Assembly (NCBI GenBank): GCA_010909165.1
Contig: MU008178.1
Location: 74,369-138,368, forward strand
Direction of reading: 5' to 3'
From: Anthoceros angustus
Lineage: Eukaryota; Plantae; Anthocerotophyta
DNA length: 64,000 nt
The notes under the pieces are model-generated. The model did not search any database, was not told where the DNA came from, and worked only from the letters and a program-made list of their open reading frames with translations. Shown piece by piece: positions 26,110 to 37,559 of the stretch (position 1 is the stretch's first letter; each line of letters opens with the position of its first letter). The translations under genes were made by a program, and so were the position numbers.

Positions 26110-28420
26110 GCGCCAAAAGTCCTTCGCCGAGAGCTGCTCTGGCGGCCGCCACCGTCGTGGCTCGAAGAACTTGCTCTCGGGGTTACTCTCCACTTGAGCG
26201 TATGACGCCCGTTCGGGTCACGTCATACACATGTCCAACAACCCTAACCATAAATGTCAATTAAGGTAATGCTTACATGGAAAACCATTTATAGGACCCT
26301 AAGTCAAAAGCCGTACATATGAACCCCAATGCCAGAAAACAATGAAGAGGCGGTGTGCAGCGCCAAGTTCTACCGGTGAAGATCTTTCGTTTATTTGCTC
26401 ATAATGGCATTTCCACCTTACCTTGATCGTCGCCTATGTCATGGCATACCACGCCTGTGAAGAGTGAGGACCATATTTCCAGAGGTTAGAGGTGCGGAGT
26501 CCTCGGGCGGCGACAATGTTGCGCACCACACACATCGGTTGTCGAAGAGGTCGAGTTTTTCGTCCACAAAGTTCATTCCTCACGCCGTTTGTGCGATCAA
26601 GGGGAACATGTACTTGAGAACAAGTGTTGGGTTTGCATCGATCTCGTCTCTTCATGTAATGACGACATTGATGTTGTCGCGAGAAAGTGTGAGGAAGAGG
26701 GGTCTTTGATTTCCGGATGGTAGGTGACTCTCTTGTGAGGAGCCGAAGGATGGTCAGATCGATGGGGCCCCGCGCCCTTCCGATCATGAACAGCAGCGAG
26801 TCCGAACTCCGGAAGGTTAGTTTCCTTCAACAAAAACCTTGTTTGCGGTGAAGACAATGTTGTGGCCGAATAGTCCACCCCATCCGTGGCGGATTCCATC
26901 TCATGCACACCGCACGAAGTGGTATTGCAGGTAATGCTCGTCGCCGTCGACAAGCGTCCTCTCCCGGCATTCCGCGTGGGGTGCCCATGACCCCCAGGAA
27001 CTTGAACTTATATGCTGCCATTGATGGGAATCCTGCATCCAGGCGAAGACACCAGGAAGGAAGGGGAGATGGGGTGCAGAATCCCGTCGTGGTTTGTTCC
27101 GCCAAGGAGCGATGTGCGAGGATGACCGCAGGGGAGTTCTTCCACAAGCAAATGATCCGTGGTGAGGATGGGGATGATGACTTTGTTCACCCTCCTCCTG
27201 GTGCATCTGGAACATTCCATCCCAAGCCTTTAAGTGAGACATTGATGACAACAAAGCTTTCAGCGGACAAGCGCGGCGGCGGCAGGCGGCGTCTTTGGGA
27301 GAGCCAAAAGTCCTTCCGAGAGTGCGAGGCGGCCACCGTCCGTCTGGCTGAAGAACTTGTCTCTCGGTTACTCTCCACTTGAGCGAAAGTATGACGCCCG
27401 TTGGTCACGTCATACACATGTCTTGTACCCTAACCATAAATGTCAATTAAGGTAATGCTTACATGGAAAACCATTTATAGGACCCTAAGTCAAAAGCCGT
27501 ACATATGAACCCCAATGCCGAGAAAACAATGAAGAGGCGGTGTGCCCAGCAGATCTACCGGTGAAGATCTTTCGGTTTATTTGCTCATAATGGCATTTCC
27601 ACCTTACCTTGATCGTGCCTATGTCATGTCATACCACGCTCTGAAGAGTGAGGACCATATTTCCGAGGTTAGAGGTGCGGAGTCCTCGGCGGCGACAATG
27701 TTGCGCACCACACACATCGGTTGTCGAAGAGGTCGAGTTTTTCCACAAAGTTCATTCCTCACTTCGCCGTTTGTGCGATCAAGGGGAACATGTACTTGAG
27801 AACAAGTGTTGGGTTTGCATCGTCTCTCTGTTATCCATGTAATGACGACATTGATGTTGTCGCGGCAGAAGTGTGAGGAAGAGGGGTCTTTGATTTCGGA
27901 TGGTAGACTCTCTTGTGAGGAGAAGGATGGTCAGATCTTGAATGGGGCCCCGGCCCTTCCGATCATGAGCAACGAGTCCGAACTCCGTTAGTTTGCCTTC
28001 AACAAGAACTTGTTTGCGGTGAAGACAATGTTGTGGCCGAATAGTCCACCCCATCCGTGGCGGATTCCATCTCATGCACACCGCAGTGGTATTGCGGTAA
28101 TGCTCGTCGCCATCGACAAGCGTCCTCTCCGGCATTCGCGTGGGGTGCCCATGACCCCGTGAACTTGAACTTATATCGCCATTGATGGGAATCCACGCAT
28201 CCGGAAGACACCAGAAGGAAGGGAGATGGGGTGCGAATCCCGTCGTGGTTTGTTCCGAGCGATGTGCGAGGATGACCGCAGGGGTAGTTCTTCCACAAGC
28301 AAATGATCCGTGGTGAGGATGGGGATGATGACTTTGTTCACCCTCCTCCTGGTGCATCTGGAACATTCCATCCCAAGCCTTTAAGTGAGACATTGATGAC
28401 AACAAAGCTTTCATGGACAA
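26110..28420. repeat. Tandem duplication, period ~1190 bp
   Basis: GCCAAAAGTCCTT...TTACTCTCCACTTGAGCG at ~26112 and ~27302; CCCAAGCCTTTAAGTGAGACATTGATGACAACAAAGCTTTCA at ~27220 and ~28372. Copies differ mostly by 1-3 nt indels. Confidence 0.85.
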
Positions 28421-28439
28421 GCGCAGCGGGGTGTCTTTG

Positions 28440-31000
28440 CAAAAATGTGAATGGAGAAGGTGACGGCGGACTTTCTTAAACCGTGTTGCAACCAAATGTG
28501 CATGCAGAGGTTGACCAAGCAAGGCCTTGAGAACACGATATAGGTTCCTCACAATGCGAGGCAAGAGCAAGAGACATTTCTTCAAAGCCTCGTACATCGG
28601 GACCCGAGTCAAACTAACAAAGAAAGAGTTTTACGCATGTTATGGGATCGGTTCTCTGCTGTTGCGTGAAGGCCTTCAAGAGTATATTGTATGGGGCACA
28701 GATCGAGGCGAAAGGGAGGGTCATGAGGAATGCCCGTGGGATAGTGTTCGAACCAACCCAATTCATAAGTCCGTCATGCACTTGGTGCTCTAGCGTGGAT
28801 GGATAATGCTTTTCGCTCATGGTGAAAGACTTCAACGTGCGTGTATAACTACACCTATACAAAGCTGGAGATATGGTCATTGTACAAAGCGGTGTCAAAG
28901 CTACGTGCGGTTGTGACGTCTGTGTGGTTTTGAAGTTATGGAAATCTAACTTCAGTGAAGATTCCCAAATCCAACAGTTCTCGACCGCTCAATATGTCTT
29001 GGTTAAAGACCACCATTCGAATACAACTCGGAAGGTTGATCAAGGTAGATATCACTCTACCACTAGTACAACCCATCTCGGTGGGAGGAGTTTTTCGTGT
29101 TCATCCCATAGTTCGCGAATGAGCGGTGGTATGCGGATGGTTCGAAAACGAGTGAGGGTGGCGCCGCCCGCCACCCTCGGATAACACCGTTCGTTTGAAG
29201 TTGCAGTACCATGTTTGAAACTCGCAGTCCTTGTTCATGGATGGCCCCAGGTTGTAGGTTTGATTGGTCGAGTTTAGGGCCGGGCCGGGCGCCGGCCCCA
29301 TCACCTTCAAACTCGCCAACCATAATATATGACCTAGAAGGTGGACGTTTTAGATTTTAGATTGGGGAAGATGGTAAATGTATGTGTGAAGAGGTGATAG
29401 TCCACGACATCGGTTTGTTGTATGCAATGGGTTTCATGGATTCTGTCTTCGCTTGTGGTGTGGAAGAAGCGTGTTTGTATGTGTGAAATTGGGAACGTGA
29501 AAACTTGGAAGGATGTACACTTGGAGCGTGTTTGGTGCGAAAAATATCGCGTTAGAGGCACACCGCGTGCAGGAGGAGCGGGAAAAATGGCAAAACACCG
29601 TGAAAAGAGTTACAGGAACCGGATAAGTACATGCTCCTCGCTATAGACGGAATGGACCAAGAAGAAGATTCCACACACTGCGTTGGCCAAAGAATCTTGA
29701 TGAGGACGCCGTGTATGCATGCACGTGGTGGGTTGCATGATCCACAATTATACGTCGTGAAAAGAGTGTTTTTGCACTATGCCAATTTGAGGAACGATCT
29801 AATCGACAATCGGGATTATTCAAGATGTTATTCTTAATTATAAAGGAGTGCTACCCAAAGTGCTCTATTTTTGACAACACTTGCCGGAAAACAAGAACCA
29901 GCTGTTGTTTGCGTGTTTGAACATGCTAGTTGATATGGGAACTTTTCAAGGTGAAGGTTGGGTTCCTCCTTGTTGGGCACACTCACGACCAAATCGACCA
30001 AATGTTCTCTTGCTTTTCCAAAAGCTTGAAGCACAAGGAGGCACACACTCTTCCCGTTGGCCGACATCTTGGTTCATGCACGCCTACACCGGAGATCAAA
30101 GTTTTGCAGGAGGTCCGGACTTGGTCATATGTATGGCCGATTAGACAAGGCGATGGTCGCCGAGCATATTCATCGGTGAGAAAATTGAACAACTTATCTT
30201 TCCAGCACCGGTTTAAAATCACCAGAGAAGACAAACCGACTGGTGGTGATGAATTAGGAGCAAGCAATATTCGACATCGATGTATTGGGAAACCGCCGGG
30301 TTGGAGTTTTTGAAATTTGTCCCTCCAACGACATAACGTGCCGGTACGGCCCTCCGGCTCGAGACAAGAAAGGGACGTCGGCGGGTTATCTCCGACTAAG
30401 GAGTGGCACATTTGAGAGCGGTCTGCCGGGCTGCGCCATATGTGGAGGGCAGAATATGGATGGTGGGAAGCATTGGGTGGACCAAGAAGAAATCGCAATA
30501 ATCGTGGAGAACAACATTGGGCTCGCACTAGAAGTGGAAATGGTCTCTCGGCTCGAAGAAACAGCAACCACTCCAAGTTCCCGATGAAGCTATCCTAGAG
30601 GCGTTGCTAAGAGAACTCCCCAACGGATATGTACTTGGGGCCTTACCGGCAGTTGGGAAGGCGGCGAAATGGCACGTTGCATGGAGATGTAAAAGACATA
30701 AAGGAAGGATGTTCATCGCGTACCTTGTACCGATACGCATAATCGGCCTTTCGGATTGGGAAAGTTAATCGGTGAGGTTGGATGTGGAAGAGCCTCATTT
30801 CCGTTCACTGATCGAGCACAGATGCATATGAAGGCGAACGTGGAAGAATATGTGATTCGGACCCATCCGAGACATGGGATTGGAAGGAAAAAGGGTGGGA
30901 AGGCAAATTTCAAGAATGTTCAAGAAGTCTTCATCAATAAAACTCATCTTGTATTATGGGTTCGGTTTGAATTCCGTAAACATCTCTATTCCATTGACAA
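28440..31000 (+). mobile_element. Sola-like DDE transposase (DUF7869-type), frameshifted
   Basis: FLKPCCNQMCM, KKEFYACYGI, LKLWKSNF, MLLAIDGMDQ (29631), FDNTCRENKNQLLF (~29870-29910), GFLLVGHTHDQIDQMFS (~29960-30010). This is the typical DGMDQ / DN..ENKN / VGHTH.DIDQ.FS series. Confidence 0.75.
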
Positions 31001-31929
31001 AAAGCGATCGGGGATAAGTTGAATGAATTGCGGGCTTCATCGAGCCCAAAGTGCACGAAGATAGTGGCGAACGGTGAGGACATCGGGCCCTTGGACATGG
31101 AAGGTGTCAATTCGGAGATGAGTGAAAAGATGTATGAAGTGGAGGCAAACATCGGTGGACATCGGTGAGACAAGAGGGTTTACTCTCGGTCAGTGTCTTG
31201 ACCGCCAAGTGTTAGGCTCAAAGTGGGGAGCTCGCGTTAGTGATAGGGAATCACTGTTGGTGCTATCATTCGGTGTTGGAAGTTGAAGAAGTTGAGTCAC
31301 TTCCGCCGTAGGTTGCGATGTCGGCGACATGGACAAATGGCGGCGTGGGCGGCGCCGCCATTTTTCACCATCCTTTAGTAGCATGGAAACGTTTTCCGAT
31401 CCTGCGTATTGTACATTTTGTTAAATCGATATAACCCATCCGACGCATGCCTAAATCCTAAATCGTGGAAACCCGATAGTTGGCGCGGCCACCGCGCCAC
31501 GCCTTCTTGCCAAAACAAAAGACTATGGGTTACGACGACGGTTCGGAAAGAAGCACCATTCTTTACCAATGATGACGTGAAGATTGCAATGTCTTCAAAA
31601 GACCTTGTTTATTTAGGCGGCCTCAACAACCCGTTCCCTTTTAGTCCTTCCGGTACTTATGGTAAGCAAGCATGGGTCGTATTATGCCAAATTCGATGGC
31701 GAACTCGCTAACCCTTTGTGTGATGGAGACTTTGCTCGGACGTCAATTTCATCCCTTATCGACCCTTATTTTCAGGCCTTTTTGGACCGATGTTGCCCAA
31801 AGCGCGATCGACCATCCCAAACCCCTTCCGGCGATATTTGGTTGAAAACCCCTCGTATATTAACCCCTTCCAAGATTAGCATGTTTACCGAAGGACACGG
31901 AGGAACCCAAATGACACAATCAACAATCT

Positions 31930-34900
31930 TTGAAGGATCCGAGTGGCAACACACAAGAACGCGTTGGTGCTACGGGACAACTCGGTGGAAGCGGCAATGA
32001 GGACTTGTCTCTCTGGAGTCGTCAGATGGGAGGAGACAAGGATCAAATGGATTTGTTCACAGGCGGCGGGCACCTTGCCCGGAGGACTTCATCGAAATGC
32101 AGTGCGGTGTGTGCGGAGATGGAATTGAAGACCGGATACAGGCGATACGGCTTCATCCAAATGCCGAAGTACTTGGGGGATGAAGCATTGGCGTGCTATC
32201 GCGAGCACAAGGCGAGGTTGTTGAGCGGCACATCTGGAGGACCAGTGAGTAGCAGTTCAAGCTCCGAAGGAACCAGTGCAGACGGAGCAGTGGCACCGAG
32301 TGGGCACGATCCCATCGAAGAGATGTTTGACATCTTCCGGCTGGAGTTTCCTGCAAGCACGGATGAGAAGATCTCCGAGCTGACACACTTCAAGATGAAG
32401 TCAGGCGAGACTGCAAAGATGGCTTATCGAAGAATCGACCAGTTGGTACGTGACACCAAGATCATGAGTGACCGGTGCAGAAGTACTTGCAGGCATTGCC
32501 ATATGCTGCGCATGAAGGTGCAACAAGCGTGCACAAGACGAAGGGCAACACTACACCCTCAAGGAAGTGTACGAGATGGCGACAAGATAGGGCCCTGACA
32601 CTTTCTCTCGTCTTTGTTGCAAGTGATTACTCCGGCACAAGTAGGAGTGGTGGGCGACGACCGCGGAGGTCGAGTGGAGGAGCTCGGCGAGACAAGCCCA
32701 CGTGATGGCGAGCCCTGCGTGAGGTGCCGAGGGACGGACCATTCCCTCATGAGTGCGAGCATGCATTCGGAGGAGTCAAGGGTGAGGAGCCATGCCCTAG
32801 GTGTGGGAGGTACCGGCACAATGAAGCGGCGTGTTGGGAGAAGCATCCAGAATTGCGGCCTACAGGTTATCGACTGCAACACCGGCCAATGCATCTATGT
32901 CAACCTCATCCACAAAATCGGCGAAGAGCAAAGGCGCGTGGAGGAGGCACGCGTCCCGTGGACAAAAGCGGGAAGCATCAAAGAAGGCGATGGGCTATCG
33001 TGGCACGCCTGGAGAAGTTGGTGCGAAGGCGAAGATCAAGGAGCGCAGTTCATCATCGAGGACGAAGAAGATGAGCACAAGCTTGGATACATGGCGGTGT
33101 GACCGGATCCAAGGGCAAGGGAAGAAACCTGGCGCTACGAGAAGATAGCTCAGAGGAAGAAGAGGATGTCTTGACACCGGTCACGGAAGACACGGAAGGA
33201 AGCTTGGGGATCCTCTTCCGAACCTATGCCAAGATGCCAAAGTCGTTTGAGCCATTGCCAAGAGCAACTGTGGAGCAACATCAAAGTCAGTGGGCGATGT
33301 GGAGAAACCCATGCAGATTCGTGAGACGATGGCACAAAAGCTTCGGAGATGCCATGTTTGACCTACAAGACATGGGGTTGAGCGTGAAGGAAGTCGGGGT
33401 TTGACTCGGCGGATGTTGACAACCCTTGAAGGCGAAGCAAGTGTCGACAATGTGCCAGTATGATGATGTCATTGCGACCTCGAGCCAAGCATCTCGTGGA
33501 AGCGGAATCTTTGCACGAGTGGGAGTGGCTTTGGTCAACAATCGGGAGGCACATTGAAATCAATGGATTCGCACCAAGGAGGGTGTTGATTGACACCGGA
33601 GCACCGGTGATCGTTGGAAGAAGAGTGAAGGAAGCGTTGGGTCTCCACCAAGAAAGGTTGAAGGAAACCAAGTGGAAGATCCGGACCGGTGGGACCACGG
33701 AGCATGTGTTGGGGTGACAAGGTACAAGCTGAAGGTTTCATTCAAACCAAAAGCAATGAGACTTCACCTTTGTCGAGGTACAGCTTGGTCACGAGACACT
33801 TTTGATGTCTTCTTTGGGAGCGGACGCTTTGTACAAACACAGTCATGGTGGATTTGTGGACGGAGGCAGTCTACTATCGACCAGTGAGAAGCAAAACCGA
33901 TGAACGGATTGCCCGCATCCCTCTGCCATGGCAAGGATCATGAGAACCTCATTGCCAGCGTCTACCCGTGTTTGGCGCCGTAGTGAAGGACGCCATACGT
34001 GCTTGAACCTCTTGGCGTGTGTCTAACAACAAGACCGATGGAGGATTTCGGCGAGGAGGAGGAAGACAAGCTAGGGTTGCAACCACCCTCGGAGGAGGTT
34101 CTTCAAGTCTGGACGGAGCTGGTGGCTGCAGCAATGAGCCGTGCAAAAGGCTGTGGAGGATGGTGCAAGAGGACCGGTCCTATGAGCCGGAACTAGTAAG
34201 TTCTTGCCTAGGGTTGAGCCTGTTTGTGACCTAAACACCGGTCATCACATGGCGACCTCGGGAAGCGGCATAGTGCTCGTGGAACTCTTTGGAGGCATCG
34301 ATCGGCAGGCGGTGCTAAAGTGTGGCATCAAAGTGCGAAGATACGTGCATTGTGACCCGGATCCAAAAGCAAGGATTGTGTCACGCGTAAGAGACTTGAT
34401 GGGGAGTACCTAACCTCGGCGTGGGAGTCGGTGAAGGGTTACCGGCGCGATGGATGTTCGCATGATAGGGTTGTCCCATTTGAGTTGTCTTGGGCAACCG
34501 GTGGACCTTGTCATCGCAGTTGGGAGTGTCAAGGACTATCCTCTGCAGCAAGGGTCAAGGTCGAAGGATCCACGGCATTGTTCTATGACTGATGAGGATC
34601 TTGCGCTTGATCCGTAAAGGGCAAGAAAGGCCTTGTGGATACATGTTGGAGAATGTGCCGGCATGCATGAGCGTGAAGAAGCAAGTTCGGGAGGACTTTG
34701 CCACGATCCGAGGAGTGTTGGTCGAGCTTCTATTGGATGCGGCTCAATTTGGTTCGAGGGCTCATAGGTTGAGGTCCATGTGGACTAACCTTGCTCCCTT
34801 GGAACATTTGAAGTGTGCGAGGTCGTTCACCAAGCGACCTAATCATGTTGTCAAGGATGTGCTAGCATCGGAAGGCATGCCCAACAAGTCATCAAGGTGG

Positions 34901-36750
34901 CCGCGCCTTCCTGTGAACACGCCTGGACACCCCATGGCGGCTTGGCCAACCTTTGTGTCTAAGTCCAAGTCTTACGCCTTCAGGAACCATGGCCCCGGCG
35001 TTGTGGTGGACAGACATGGCGAGGCCTTGGGAGAGCCAACAGCCACAGAGAGGGAGTTGGCCATGGGATTTGATGCCGGAGCCACGAAGACACCGGGAGT
35101 GACCGAGAAGGAACGGTGTCGATTGCTTGGGCAAGCATTTGACGTGAACATGATGACCTGGTTGTTTAGCGCTGGAGTCGCTTACCAACTTCGAAACCAG
35201 AGGAAGGCGGGGTTGAAGCGGGGTTCGGTGGGTGAAGGACATTCCACTCGCATCTCAACAGGAGAAGGCGAGTTTGGAGGGCAAGGAGAGCGAGCACGTA
35301 GAGGCGTGCAAGCCATCGAGCCACGGCCACATGAGTGGTTAACAGTCGAGTTGAAGAGCAATCACGGCGTCGGCTAAAGGAGTTGTTGGAGGCATCGCGA
35401 CATGTGTTTGCTTTCACGCTTGCGGAGATGGGGAAGTACACCAAAGGGAAGTTCCACATAGTGACCACGGATGAACCAGTGTTCGCGGGCACAGCTCGGC
35501 AAGGCGAGTGGGATTTGGTTGAGAATCGATGCCAAGAGCTTCTCAAGCTAGGCTGATTCGACGATCTAACTCGCGACGCAGCGGTGCTTCCGAAAAGAAG
35601 GATGAGAATGGATTGTGGACGGAGAGGAGAATGTGTGGTGACTATCGGCTTGAACGAGCGAATCCACATGACCACTATCCCATGCCGACGGCAAGAGATC
35701 TTCGACACCATTGGGTGCCAAGTTCTTCTCAACATTGGACTTGAGGCTAGGGTTTCACCAAGTAGAGATCGCCAAGAAGACAAGAAGAAAACGCGCTCAG
35801 TAGATTGCTTGTACGAGTGGAATTACATGCCATTTGGGTTGAAGACATCGCCAACGCAGTTCAAAGGTACATGGACAATGAGCTCAAGGACTTGCATTTC
35901 GCCAAGTGCTACATTGATGATGTCATCATCTTCAGCAATACCTTTGAGGAGCATCTACAACATCTTGACGTGCTAGGCGCTGCTTGTGGGTTGAAGGCCC
36001 ATCCGAAGTGTCGATTTGGAGAGGATAAGGTGTTGTACTTGGGTCATTGGATCACGCGTGACGGGATCTCGCCGCATGCCACCAAGGTGGAGGCAATCGT
36101 GCGCATTCCCAGGCCAAACGACATCTCGAAGTTGAGGGCATTCTTGGGTTTGGCAGGTTACTACAGGAAGTTCATTCCATGGATGAGCAGGATTGCGCCA
36201 TTGAATGACTTGTTGAAGAAGTTGGTGACTTGGCGTTGGACTCAAGAGGAGGTCGGCTTTCATGGAGTTGAAGGGTAGACTCATGAGCTCGCCAATTCTT
36301 GGTCATCAAACTTGATGGCCGTTCGTACTTTACATTGGAGCAAATCGGCGCATAGGCTCTTGGCGCGGATCAATGACAAGGAAGAGGAACATGTCATTGC
36401 CTATGCCGATCGGAGCAACAACCAAAGTGAGTCCAACTACTACGCCTATGAAGGAGAATGTCTTGCGGCAGTGTGGGCGATCGGACACTTTTCTACTTGT
36501 TTGGACATCAATTTCGACTAATCACCGACCATCAACCCTTGCATTGGTTGATGAGCGTAAGCTTACGGAAAGGCGGCGGTGGGCTCTCATTCTCCGGAGT
36601 ATGACTTTGTCATCGAACAGGCGGTAGAGTTCACTCTAATCTTGATGGGTTGTCGAGGAATCCTCTACCTCGTGAAGAGACTACGGGGCCGGGCAAGATT
36701 AGGATGGCGAGCAAGCGGTGGGGAGAGTAGTCCAGATACCATGTATTGGT
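31930..36750 (+). mobile_element. Ty3/gypsy gag-pol carrying a C5-cytosine DNA methyltransferase between protease and RT; truncated after RNase H
   Basis: gag with CCHC knuckle CPRCGRYRHNEAAC (~32787-32830); protease VLIDTGA (33583-33603); DNMT (34260-35170); RT with ERRMCGDYR, MPFGLK and YIDD (35910-35921); RNase H (VIAYA, YEGECLAAVWAI). No integrase or LTRs found. Confidence 0.9.
34260..35170 (+). CDS. C5-cytosine DNA methyltransferase domain (DNA_methylase fold) within gypsy pol
   Basis: Motif I VLVELFGGI (34273-34299); motif IV VDLVIA(G)WECQGLSSA (34501-34545, needs one extra base); motif VI YMLENV (34640-34657); motif VIII DAAQFGSRAHRLRSMWTN (~34736-34790); motif IX ERELAMGF; motif X RCRLLGQAF (~35113-35140). 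Confidence 0.9.
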
Positions 36751-37025
36751 TTGCACCTGTATATCTGCGTATTAGATTTGTTTGCTTGGTTGTTGGTCGA
36801 GGAAGTGCTTATATGAATTCAAGTGCTTACCTCGTGCGACATAGGCCTGATCAGCCGATCCAAATCCTGACCTTGATGCCTACACAAATTTCTACGAGGC
36901 ATCTCGCTTAATGCTAATTACAAAATGCATTTCTTGAGCAAACAAGAAACCCAAGAACTCATTTTAAAAATGAGTCTTAATGCAGATTATTGTAGCAATA
37001 AGTGCATAGCTCCAGGATCGATGGT

Positions 37026-37167
37026 GCTCTAATACCATGCAGAGTTTACGCAAAGCTAGCTATGCACACTAGAGCATACACAATGAGAAGAATTGATTAT
37101 GTGCGCGTGTCAAAAAACATACACACCTAGAAACGGTTACAACTAATAACTGTACACAACCCTAACA
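37026..37167 (-). repeat. Short LTR plus PBS remnant
   Basis: Minus strand reads TGTTAGGG...CTCTGCA followed by TGGTATTAGAGC; no partner LTR seen. Confidence 0.4.
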
Positions 37168-37559
37168 CTAACCCAAATATGTAATGTATAATGTAAAGTA
37201 TATAGAGATGATTTATTGAGGTGAAAGAACGATGGAAAGAGACCATCTAGGAAGGGACAACAAATGGGGACCTGGGGGTCGGAGTGAAGAGGAGCAACTG
37301 AGCTCCCTACCTAAAGTGACCAAGCGCACCCACAATGTCATATCGAGTAGAATAAGCGGCACAAAACCCGGAGGAAGAGGAAAAGGCATCACCCACCGTC
37401 GCCTTATGGAGAATCGCTTGAGCGCCGTTGAAGAGCAATAGAAACCCATCGGAGTATCTTTGTGAAATCTGAGAGGACGACCACACACACTACTGCATGG
37501 TAAGCTTTAGCACAAGACTTGATGAATTTGTCAAAGTCCTCGACCATTACCTCGTTTCT

